A stretch of 62,733 bases of DNA from a virus (taxonomy: Duplodnaviria > Caudoviricetes), in IMG/VR virus record IMGVR_UViG_3300023115_000020, positions 1-62,733 of that record; one strand, 5' to 3'. The number at the start of each line of letters is the position of its first letter. Positions within the stretch are counted from its first letter, which is position 1. The notes under the pieces are model-generated. The model was not told the DNA's origin, ran no database searches, and worked only from the letters and a program-made list of their open reading frames with translations. Made by a program: the position numbers and the translations under genes. This document shows positions 55,718 to 62,733 of the stretch, piece after piece.

Positions 55718-56314
55718 TTAATTATTATACGATATATTACTTATCGTGTCAACCTTTACATTTGAATAATTCCAGGCTTTTGGCAGTTCCCATTCATCGT
55801 CCTGATATATAGTGAATTTAATTTTTGGAAAACAACTAAAAACCATACCTATTTGATGTATCCAGTAACGCGGATCGACTGCTTTTTTATCTGTATCGTC
55901 ATAGTTAGGAGTACCTTTATATATGTTATTAACTGTTTTAGTTTTGCTATGTAAATCAAAACCAATTAGATTAACGTATTTTTCTTTTGCAAATAATGCT
56001 GCAACAAGAACAGCATAAGGTCCACTTCCCCATTGAAAAGGTTCGTCCCAACGTTGATCACCTTTATATGGCAACGGCGGAACTTGCCTAACTCCTATAT
56101 TTTTAAATCTTGGATACCAGTCTGGTCGTGTATACACTAAGGTATTATTTAAATTTACTTTTGCATTTAGTGCTTCTTGCACCATACGTTTATCAACACA
56201 TATTAAATAGTCGGTGTAATAGTCTCGATATAAAGCATTGCAACCAGACTTAGGGCCGTCTAGTTTGCCTATGTCAATTGTTGATCGGCTCTCGCCATTG
56301 CCTATCGCCCACAT
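55718..56314 (-). CDS. hypothetical protein (Rossmann-like, IGNGxS...GCN...LIGFD)
   Basis: Motifs resemble MptE/sialyltransferase-like folds; function unresolved. Confidence 0.55.
   Translation of the reverse strand: MWAIGNGESRSTIDIGKLDGPKSGCNALYRDYYTDYLICVDKRMVQEALNAKVNLNNTLVYTRPDWYPRFKNIGVRQVPPLPYKGDQRWDEPFQWGSGPYAVLVAALFAKEKYVNLIGFDLHSKTKTVNNIYKGTPNYDDTDKKAVDPRYWIHQIGMVFSCFPKIKFTIYQDDEWELPKAWNYSNVKVDTISNISYNN
55724..55752 (-). promoter_or_regulatory. sigma70-type promoter for queD (perfect consensus)
   Basis: TTGACA-17nt-TATAAT. Confidence 0.85.
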
Positions 56315-56585
56315 CTTTTCTAATCTCTTTTAGTTCATCTTTAAGTGTATCAAAGTTCTTTTCTGTTCGTTTGGCACATTGTACCATATACACTATTTTA
56401 CTTATCGCCCACCACCACCAGAATACACTGGTTGCGATAAAAATGACTACAATAGATACTGATGTGATATTGATTAGTGATTTAAAACCTAATAATATTT
56501 CGCCTATGATGATGGCTAGTGCGACAAATGGTGCTGTCCACGCCGCATATTTCCACCAACGTGCCTGTTGTTCTGTTTTGTTCAT
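56274..56585 (-). CDS. membrane protein
   Basis: Two TM helices, WWWW, C-terminal coiled coil. Confidence 0.65.
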   Translation of the reverse strand: MNKTEQQARWWKYAAWTAPFVALAIIIGEILLGFKSLINITSVSIVVIFIATSVFWWWWAISKIVYMVQCAKRTEKNFDTLKDELKEIRKDVGDRQWREPINN

Positions 56586-56659
56586 TGATGCTCCCTCTCT
56601 GAGTATCATTACTCAGCATAATTATTTATTAGAGGGTGGTTAAGAATTAAATATTGATA

Positions 56660-57775
56660 TTATGAGCTGATAGAACCAAAAGTTTTCCAAACACCTGGAG
56701 AACCTTCTTTAACACAGATCCATCCTACATGTCCAGTTGGTTTAGGCTCGCTATTCCAAACAATGTCGCCCAGTCTATAAGAACCGTTACTTGGAGCACT
56801 AGAGCCAACTTCGAAACGTTTACCTTCAAAACTTACAGGTCCAGCAGTTTCTATATCTGCTGTAGGGTTGTTAACATTAACACCTAGTTTACCTTTTACG
56901 TTTGTCTTGCTTTCGCTGTCTGCACCTATAGTTATCTTACCTGTAGATGATATACTAATACGAACAGCATTATCAGTAATTACATTTAAATCAGCAGTTG
57001 TATATGTACCTAGTGTAGCAGTTTTTCCTTCGGTATCTATAATAAACTCTGCATCATCTTGTACTATACCAAATGTACCGTTAGGAGTTTCAGTACCAAT
57101 ACCAAAACGCATATAGTCGCCGTTCCAGAATACATACTGATCAATGTTCATGTTGCCTTCCATAGCAACATTTTGTAATACACCTACTTGTGTTAGACTA
57201 CTTCTTGTAACAGTTGGACCTAGTTCGTCCATGCTTAGAACACTAACTTGATCTATTGCATAGTGTTGATCTCTTTGTAAGTCAATAGACTCTGAAGACC
57301 AAATTCTGTCCGGACCGCTTCTTAATACAAATTGTTTTGTAGGACCATCGACACGCCAAATCATACCTTTTTGATATACAGTATCAGCGCCATTAGAAAC
57401 AAACTCTAATGGACTAGAACGTTCTATACGAACATCTGCTGTAAGTTCGTCAACATGTAGTTTACTAACAGTTAAATCACCTTGTACAGTTAGATTTCCT
57501 GTAACAGTTGTATCGCCAACAATATTTTCAACATCAATATTATCAGTTAATATGCCGTTTTCGTCTACAACAACAACTAATCTTGTGCTATCATCTCTAA
57601 TTCCCTGACTTTGGAATCTAGTAATTGTACCTCCGTCGATAACATCGCCAGACAGGCTTCTGTTACCTATTACAGGTGCAGTAGGTTCAGCTCTTGAAAG
57701 CTGGAATATAGCATCGCCTAAATCGTTTAGACCTTGGCGAATTCTGCTGATTTCTTGATCGGATACATTGCTCAT
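56660..57775 (-). CDS. tail fibre-like structural protein
   Basis: Beta-rich GIGT..P repeats; C-terminal GDIVWN..P...GW.C...G.PG.W motif; upstream ATAAATA. Confidence 0.65.
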   Translation of the reverse strand: MSNVSDQEISRIRQGLNDLGDAIFQLSRAEPTAPVIGNRSLSGDVIDGGTITRFQSQGIRDDSTRLVVVVDENGILTDNIDVENIVGDTTVTGNLTVQGDLTVSKLHVDELTADVRIERSSPLEFVSNGADTVYQKGMIWRVDGPTKQFVLRSGPDRIWSSESIDLQRDQHYAIDQVSVLSMDELGPTVTRSSLTQVGVLQNVAMEGNMNIDQYVFWNGDYMRFGIGTETPNGTFGIVQDDAEFIIDTEGKTATLGTYTTADLNVITDNAVRISISSTGKITIGADSESKTNVKGKLGVNVNNPTADIETAGPVSFEGKRFEVGSSAPSNGSYRLGDIVWNSEPKPTGHVGWICVKEGSPGVWKTFGSISS

Positions 57776-57786
57776 GTAAGTATTTA

Positions 57787-59082
57787 TCAGTTTACTTTAA
57801 GAAGCACTGTATCAGGATTACAACGTCCGTTTAGTTTTGTATCTGTAGTTTTTATATCATCTAAGAACTTGCGTAGAGCAACTTTACCTGCGGCTTTGAA
57901 CTCTTTTAGTTGTTCTTCTGGCTTACGCAGAGTCTTTTGAATACTTTCTTTTTCGTCAAACCCGATAATAGTTGTACCTTTTACACTAAGTCCTGTTCCA
58001 TCTCTTGCAAGTCCTTTTGGATCTACGTTTGAAGCAACATATTTTCCTAGTTTACGTGTCTTACTGTTAAACACCCACAGCTCATTAGCACCTACAATAA
58101 GTGTAGGATCAATGCTTGCAAGTGAATATTTGTCATCTGCTTTGTTAAACTTCAACTTCTCTACAATTTTACTTGCAGAACGTTGTTTAGGCTTACGTGG
58201 CTTACGTGTTGCTTTGGCTTGCTCAATAATAAAGTCTAGTTCTGAGTTAACAGTTTCAATTGCTTTGCGGTATTTTGCAATCTCAGATTTATTTCTATGT
58301 GAATATCCTTCTTTGAGTTGTTCCCACATATCAGCTTCGTGTTCGTCCATTTTAGCCAACTGTCCTTTTGTTGGCATTCTTTCTAGGTCGTCAAAGTCTA
58401 CTAGTTCCATTTCCCAGAAAGATTTCATCTTGCGAGCGTGTGCTTGACTGGGCTGAATCTTTTTTAAGTATGCTTTAAAATCAAAACCTTTAGGGTCAAA
58501 TGACTTTGGGTCAACTATCCAACCTTCTAACCATTCGTCAATGGGCTCTGCCATTTCGTTTGCTTGATCGCGAATACGTTCTTGAATTGTAGGAACATAG
58601 ACATTTGCTTTTGCTTTTTCTTCCTCTTTCTTTTCTACTACTACTTTAGAACCTTTTTCAATATATTCTGCAATTTTATTTTTTAACCAACTGCTAGGAC
58701 CTTTTTTCTCCCCCATTGTACCAGGAAGACTTTGCCAATATTCATCTTCTCTCTTTACATAGTCGGGAGCACCGTCTAAAAAGGAAACAGCAACAGTTGC
58801 ACAAGTTACACTAAGATACGCACTAGGAACCGCTTTTACGTGTTTGATTTGTTCTTTGGTGTATTCACCGCTTTGTTCCATCCATTTAAAAATATATGGA
58901 TATAAGTCTGTAGGTTTGTAATTTTCGTAGTAGAAGGATCTTACATGTTCTCTATGACGATGGATCTGTTCGCCAGTCCATTCTTCCCAACCATTCCAGC
59001 TCGGTGCGGCAAGTTTTGCTCCACGTTTGACACGAGGCGCGGCTCTAGTTTTCTTTTTACGGGTTGTCTTGGGAAGTGCCAT
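57787..59082 (-). CDS. hypothetical protein (431 aa)
   Basis: Long ORF with its own promoter and AGGAG RBS. Confidence 0.8.
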   Translation of the reverse strand: MALPKTTRKKKTRAAPRVKRGAKLAAPSWNGWEEWTGEQIHRHREHVRSFYYENYKPTDLYPYIFKWMEQSGEYTKEQIKHVKAVPSAYLSVTCATVAVSFLDGAPDYVKREDEYWQSLPGTMGEKKGPSSWLKNKIAEYIEKGSKVVVEKKEEEKAKANVYVPTIQERIRDQANEMAEPIDEWLEGWIVDPKSFDPKGFDFKAYLKKIQPSQAHARKMKSFWEMELVDFDDLERMPTKGQLAKMDEHEADMWEQLKEGYSHRNKSEIAKYRKAIETVNSELDFIIEQAKATRKPRKPKQRSASKIVEKLKFNKADDKYSLASIDPTLIVGANELWVFNSKTRKLGKYVASNVDPKGLARDGTGLSVKGTTIIGFDEKESIQKTLRKPEEQLKEFKAAGKVALRKFLDDIKTTDTKLNGRCNPDTVLLKVN

Positions 59083-59113
59083 GTCATAAATCTCCTAACG
59101 TTCAAGTTTTAGT

Positions 59114-59142
59114 ATTATATATGTCTTATCGAAAAAAGTCAA
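59114..59142 (-). promoter_or_regulatory. sigma70-type promoter
   Basis: TTGACT-17nt-TATAAT. Confidence 0.8.
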
Positions 59143-59378
59143 CTATTTTTGAGTGCGTATAGGGTTGCATACTTACCTTCGAGTATACCAGTAATGGTAA
59201 CTTTGTAACCATAAGAATAGTCATCGGGATATATATTATACCTTACGTCTTCAGCGTGATCCATACACCATTTACCTTCATTAGTTTGTTGCCAACGCCA
59301 TATTGGTTCTGCACAATATAGTTCAGGATCTTCTACATCGCCCATTTGAAATGATGTCAGAATGTACTTAGCCTTCAT
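59139..59378 (-). CDS. hypothetical protein
   Basis: 79 aa, GDVEDPELY..EP...WQ motif. Confidence 0.7.
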   Translation of the reverse strand: MKAKYILTSFQMGDVEDPELYCAEPIWRWQQTNEGKWCMDHAEDVRYNIYPDDYSYGYKVTITGILEGKYATLYALKNS

Positions 59379-59407
59379 TTTCTAAATCCCAAATACATAT
59401 ATTTGGT

Positions 59408-60724
59408 TTAGATTTTTTCGCCAGTTTCAAATCCGCGGAAGGTTTTAAATCTTGGAAAGCGAAGCGAATAAGTACCGTCTTGATTTTGTGTAATTGCATC
59501 TGCTCTAACCTCTACAAGATTTCCGATAATATTGTTGCGATTATTCCAAAAGTCATCACGATTAGCATCGCTGAACCCACTACCAACATTAACGCGAATA
59601 TCTTTTCCGTCATCGGTCCCGGCGCAGACAAACGCTCCAAGGCGACCTTCATTCCTACCAGTACCTTCTTCAATTTCTTTTACCTCCAATGTAACCTCAA
59701 TAAATGGTTTGGCTTTGAGCCAAGCATGGCTACGTTTGCACTCATAATGTGCATCTATATCTTTAATCATTACGCCTTCGTAACCACCGTCTACAGCCGC
59801 TTTATTAAGCTCTACAAAGCGTTTTTCGCCTTCAGGAGTGTCTAAGTCTACATCTTCCCAGTCCAGTGCTTGTACGTGCTGTAAGACGTCCTTATGCTCC
59901 TCTACCCAAGCCTTAGTGATTGCACTACGAAAGCTCTGCGGTTTATCCCACTCGCCTTTTTGGAAACAACCTAGCGGAATGGTATCAAACAAATGTAGTA
60001 CAGCATCGTTTGCAGCCACGTTTTCTTTACGGTGTACCTGCTTCATTAGATCTTGAAAGTTAGCACTCATTACCTCACCGTCTAGTACAAGCGGATAAGG
60101 CACAGGATATTCTTTAACTACAGCACGGATTTCTTCAATGATGTGATCGAAGTTGTGGAACTGTTTTCCGTTGCGGCTGTACATTTCAATCTTGTTGCCG
60201 TTTACATCGTGGATAACAACTAGCACACGAACACCGTCTAGTTTGATTTCAATCTGTTTCTTGCCTACCATTTTCTTTTCGTGCTTGGCACTGTCATGTG
60301 CAAGTTGACAAGTGAATACAGGAACAGTACCTGGTACTACTTTGTTTACAGTCTTTTCACTTACACCACAACGTAGGTCTTTGATAAGGATCCTGCGATA
60401 CCAATCGTTCCATTGCTCTGTAGTAGCAACACCCATTGCTAGTTCAATTGCGTCACGTGCCGCATGTCCGGTTAGCTCACGCTGTTGTAGTTTTTCAGCA
60501 AGTTCTTTAAACACTTCCCAAGATAATCCCTGTCCTGACAACACATCTGAACGCTCTGGCACTTGCTTTACACCAAATGTTACAAGAGCATCAAGTGCCA
60601 TTGTAAGACCTTCAAAGAACTCTGGAAGTCCTTCTTCGTGTGCTTGTTTTAGGATTGCTTCTTTGCCCAAGCGACTATTGTCTGCTTCAAGTTTAGCGAT
60701 AATATCTTGTGGTTGTGTTCTCAT
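59408..60724 (-). CDS. ATP-dependent DNA ligase
   Basis: KLDGVR, LDGEV, EGVMIK, WLKAK, VGSGFSD, SLRFPRF. Confidence 0.95.
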   Translation of the reverse strand: MRTQPQDIIAKLEADNSRLGKEAILKQAHEEGLPEFFEGLTMALDALVTFGVKQVPERSDVLSGQGLSWEVFKELAEKLQQRELTGHAARDAIELAMGVATTEQWNDWYRRILIKDLRCGVSEKTVNKVVPGTVPVFTCQLAHDSAKHEKKMVGKKQIEIKLDGVRVLVVIHDVNGNKIEMYSRNGKQFHNFDHIIEEIRAVVKEYPVPYPLVLDGEVMSANFQDLMKQVHRKENVAANDAVLHLFDTIPLGCFQKGEWDKPQSFRSAITKAWVEEHKDVLQHVQALDWEDVDLDTPEGEKRFVELNKAAVDGGYEGVMIKDIDAHYECKRSHAWLKAKPFIEVTLEVKEIEEGTGRNEGRLGAFVCAGTDDGKDIRVNVGSGFSDANRDDFWNNRNNIIGNLVEVRADAITQNQDGTYSLRFPRFKTFRGFETGEKI

Positions 60725-61005
60725 ATTTGCCTCGGTGTTGTGCCTGTTAAAAAATACATTTTAGTTATAATAGCATCAACATCACTTTCTGTCAACCAAC
60801 CTTTTACTGTATCACCTTCATTAGTAATACCTGGCATTTCTTTTTGCTCGCCATCTTTAAATACAGCAATTTCAAACAAGCCTTGTTTATTACCGTATGA
60901 CACTTCGTTTTTAATAACACTTAATTCATAGTTGCCAAACTGTATAACAGCCTGTACACCTTTTGGTGTTTCAGTTTCCAATAATTGAAAGTCCTTCATT
61001 TTCAT
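60721..61005 (-). CDS. hypothetical protein
   Basis: 94 aa, SYG...GLFEIAV...V.GWL. Confidence 0.7.
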   Translation of the reverse strand: MKMKDFQLLETETPKGVQAVIQFGNYELSVIKNEVSYGNKQGLFEIAVFKDGEQKEMPGITNEGDTVKGWLTESDVDAIITKMYFLTGTTPRQI

Positions 61006-61165
61006 AATATTCTGGCTCCATTTCTAGTGATTCGTGAAAGTCAAATACTTCATAGCCTTGTAGTGCATACCAAGTAGCACGAGCAGGAGTAGTCAACACT
61101 AGTTCGTCGTGTATCCTACCCTTGCTCGTCCATTTTTCTATACTATATAGTCTATGTTCAATCAT
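60971..61165 (-). CDS. hypothetical protein
   Basis: 64 aa, ATGA overlap with the upstream gene. Confidence 0.55.
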   Translation of the reverse strand: MIEHRLYSIEKWTSKGRIHDELVLTTPARATWYALQGYEVFDFHESLEMEPEYYENEGLSIIGN

Positions 61166-61701
61166 CTGACTCTAAGTTCTTCGATGTTGATCGGAGTGTA
61201 GTTGATTTGCTCAACGCACACACATCTGTGAAACTCAGTTGGGCTTGGATTCTGGTGAATGTGTCCGTGTACGTTTACCATACTTCCTTCACCAAATCTG
61301 TGACTCTCGCCCAGTGTACTGTTGTGTACAGGAACGTGAGTCAACAGCAAGCCAAACTCTGGAAACATTCTCCACATGTCAATCTTACCCCAGACACCAC
61401 TAGACGCCATCATCTTGATGTTGTCGTGGTTGCCAACGATAAGTCTTTTCTGTCCGTTCAGTTTAGGAAAGTTAGTCTTTAACCATTCTTCCTTATCTGT
61501 ACCAAACAGCACATCGCCTAAGTGGTAGACTTTGTCGCCAGGCTTAACAACGCTATTCCAGTTATCCATCATGGCTTCATTCATCTCGTCCACATTAGCG
61601 AACCTGTCGCCGCGAGTGGGCCTACCGTCGATGTCGGTAAAGTTCAAAATGTTTGCGTGGTTAAAGTGCGTATCACTTATTACCCAAATATCTCTTGCCA
61701 T
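61162..61701 (-). CDS. calcineurin-like metallophosphoesterase
   Basis: SDTHF, HLGDV, GNHD, H.P, HGHIH. Confidence 0.92.
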   Translation of the reverse strand: MARDIWVISDTHFNHANILNFTDIDGRPTRGDRFANVDEMNEAMMDNWNSVVKPGDKVYHLGDVLFGTDKEEWLKTNFPKLNGQKRLIVGNHDNIKMMASSGVWGKIDMWRMFPEFGLLLTHVPVHNSTLGESHRFGEGSMVNVHGHIHQNPSPTEFHRCVCVEQINYTPINIEELRVR

Positions 61702-61730
61702 AGGATTACCCTCTTTAAACTTATATCTAT

Positions 61731-61759
61731 ATTATACGACATTATACCCATAATGTCAA
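61731..61759 (-). promoter_or_regulatory. sigma70-type promoter (perfect consensus)
   Basis: TTGACA-17nt-TATAAT. Confidence 0.8.
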
Positions 61760-61766
61760 CTAAATT

Positions 61767-61843
61767 TGGCCCGCTCGGAGAGATTCGAACTCCCGGCCTT
61801 AGGTTCCGCAAACCTACGCTCTATCCAGCTGAGCTACGAGCGG
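61767..61843 (-). tRNA. tRNA-Arg(GCG)
   Basis: Cloverleaf; anticodon arm TAGGT-TTGCGGA-ACCTA; encoded CCA. Confidence 0.9.
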
Positions 61844-61851
61844 ATAAGTTT

Positions 61852-61879
61852 AGTATACTTCTTTACACTCGTATGTCAA
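61852..61879 (-). promoter_or_regulatory. sigma70-type promoter for tRNA-Arg
   Basis: TTGACA-16nt-TATACT between tRNA-Cys and tRNA-Arg. Confidence 0.65.
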
Positions 61880-61885
61880 GTTTTT

Positions 61886-61960
61886 TGGAGTGGATGACAG
61901 GACTTGAACCTGCATTGTACGGATTTGCAATCCGTTGCGTAACCATTCCGCCACACCCAC
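61886..61960 (-). tRNA. tRNA-Cys(GCA)
   Basis: ACGGA-TTGCAAA-TCCGT; U73 discriminator; CCA. Confidence 0.92.
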
Positions 61961-61965
61961 AAAAT

Positions 61966-62042
<77 letters not shown>

Positions 62043-62046
62043 AATT

Positions 62047-62121
62047 TGGCAGGCAAGCAAGGATTCGAACCTCATACTCGAGTTTTGGAGACTCGCGTGT
62101 TGCCAATTACACCACTCACCC
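62047..62121 (-). tRNA. tRNA-Trp(CCA)
   Basis: CGAGT-CTCCAAA-ACTCG; acceptor stem with three G-U pairs; CCA. Confidence 0.9.
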
Positions 62122-62123
62122 AT

Positions 62124-62159
62124 AAAAAAAGCCCCTAACATTATTAGTGCTAGGGGCTT
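62124..62159 (-). terminator. intrinsic terminator (candidate attenuator hairpin)
   Basis: AAGCCCCTAGCA-CTAATAA-TGTTAGGGGC followed by T7, ending 2 nt before tRNA-Trp. Confidence 0.85.
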
Positions 62160-62187
62160 ATCTTAAATAACTTTTTAAAAAGTCGCG

Positions 62188-62247
62188 TTAAGACATACCC
62201 CCTTTTGGCGGCCAACAAGTAATGTTTGTTGTGTTAGTCTTAATCAC
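62188..62247 (-). CDS. putative attenuator leader peptide MIKTNTTNITCWPPKGGMS
   Basis: GTG start 8 nt after an AAGGA RBS; TGT-TGG-CCG-CCA codons at 62217-62206; TAA stop at 62190-62188. Confidence 0.7.
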   Translation of the reverse strand: MIKTNTTNITCWPPKGGMS

Positions 62248-62279
62248 GTTAGTATTCCTTTTTTGTTTAGTATGTGTAT

Positions 62280-62308
62280 ACTATACTATCTTTATTTATC
62301 GTTGTCAA
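62280..62308 (-). promoter_or_regulatory. sigma70-type promoter with an embedded ATAAATA late-type element
   Basis: TTGACA-17nt-TATAGT; ATAAATA at 62293-62299. Confidence 0.75.
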
Positions 62309-62319
62309 CCTCTTTTGGT

Positions 62320-62395
62320 TGGTATCCCGTACCGGACTCGAACCGGTGTTGCCGCCGTGAAAGGGCGGTGTCCTAGGCCACTAGACGAACGGGAC
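62320..62395 (-). tRNA. tRNA-Glu(TTC)
   Basis: CCGCC-CTTTCAC-GGCGG; CCA. Confidence 0.95.
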
Positions 62396-62399
62396 ATAG

Positions 62400-62476
62400 T
62401 GGCGACCTGTACCGGGCTCGAACCGGTGACCTCTAGCGTGACAGGCTAGCGTTCTAACCAACTGAACTAACAGGCC
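62400..62476 (-). tRNA. tRNA-Asp(GTC)
   Basis: CTAGC-CTGTCAC-GCTAG; CCA. Confidence 0.95.
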
Positions 62477-62481
62477 AAAAC

Positions 62482-62555
62482 TGGAGCGGGTACCGAGAAT
62501 CGAACTCGGACGATCACGTTGGCAACGTGGCAGGCTACCTTTACATCATACCCGC
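62482..62555 (-). tRNA. tRNA-Gly(GCC)
   Basis: CACG-TTGCCAA-CGTG; GCGGGTA/TACCCGC acceptor stem; TCCA. Confidence 0.88.
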
Positions 62556-62556
62556 T

Positions 62557-62632
62557 TGGTGGAGAATGGCGGGATCGAACCGCCGACCTCCTGAATGCAA
62601 ATCAGGCGCTCTCCCAGCTGAGCTAATTCCCC
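62557..62632 (-). tRNA. tRNA-Ala(TGC)
   Basis: CCTGA-TTTGCAT-TCAGG; G3-U70; CCA. Confidence 0.95.
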
Positions 62633-62639
62633 TTAAAAC

Positions 62640-62722
62640 TGGTGCCCATGGAGAGACTCGAACTCCCACACTTTCGTACTAGAACCTAAATCTAGCGTGT
62701 CTACCAATTTCACCACATGGGC
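62640..62722 (-). tRNA. tRNA-Leu(TAG)
   Basis: CTAGA-TTTAGGT-TCTAG; variable arm; CCA. Confidence 0.93.
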
Positions 62723-62725
62723 ATA

Positions 62726-62733
62726 TGGTGCCG
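62726..62733 (-). tRNA. 3' end of a further tRNA (truncated by the window)
   Basis: CGGCACCA end at the same spacing as the other array members. Confidence 0.5.

Noticed and set aside
62124-62159. Terminator as merely the end of the upstream Leu-Ala-Gly-Asp-Glu tRNA transcript
   Set aside because: Not fully excluded. However, a new promoter, RBS and ORF lie between tRNA-Glu and the hairpin, and only 2 nt separate it from tRNA-Trp, leaving no room for a downstream promoter. Attenuation fits better.

Overview
A 62.7-kb AT-rich segment of a large T4-like/jumbo dsDNA myophage, almost entirely encoded on the minus strand with the standard genetic code. A spanin pair points to a Gram-negative host, and the ISC-type IscU/IscA suggest a proteobacterium. 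Contents from the left end: (1) a putative 7-deazaguanine DNA-modification locus (TGT/DpdA-like protein, a QueD paralog with an LxxxHRHxF motif, a GT-B glycosyltransferase; a canonical QueD lies at 55 kb); (2) a replication block (clamp-like protein, family-B DNA polymerase, sugar-nucleotide enzymes, Trp halogenase); (3) a block of probable packaged head proteins; (4) host-like proteostasis and Fe-S genes (ClpA, Def, DnaJ, GroES, IscU, IscA, FdxA); (5) lysis genes; (6) nucleotide metabolism (PhoH, dCMP deaminase, ThyX, MazG-like), a clamp loader and a truncated DnaE; (7) tail/baseplate genes including a 4219-aa protein; (8) UvsE, DNA ligase and a metallophosphoesterase; (9) a tRNA array (9 complete, 1 partial). 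The standout observation lies inside the tRNA array: a promoter, a 19-aa leader ORF containing consecutive Cys-Trp-Pro-Pro codons, and mutually exclusive antiterminator/terminator hairpins sit directly upstream of the tRNA-Trp, tRNA-Pro and tRNA-Cys genes. This looks like a ribosome-mediated attenuator that senses depletion of the tRNAs it controls. All product calls come from motif recognition by eye, not database searches.
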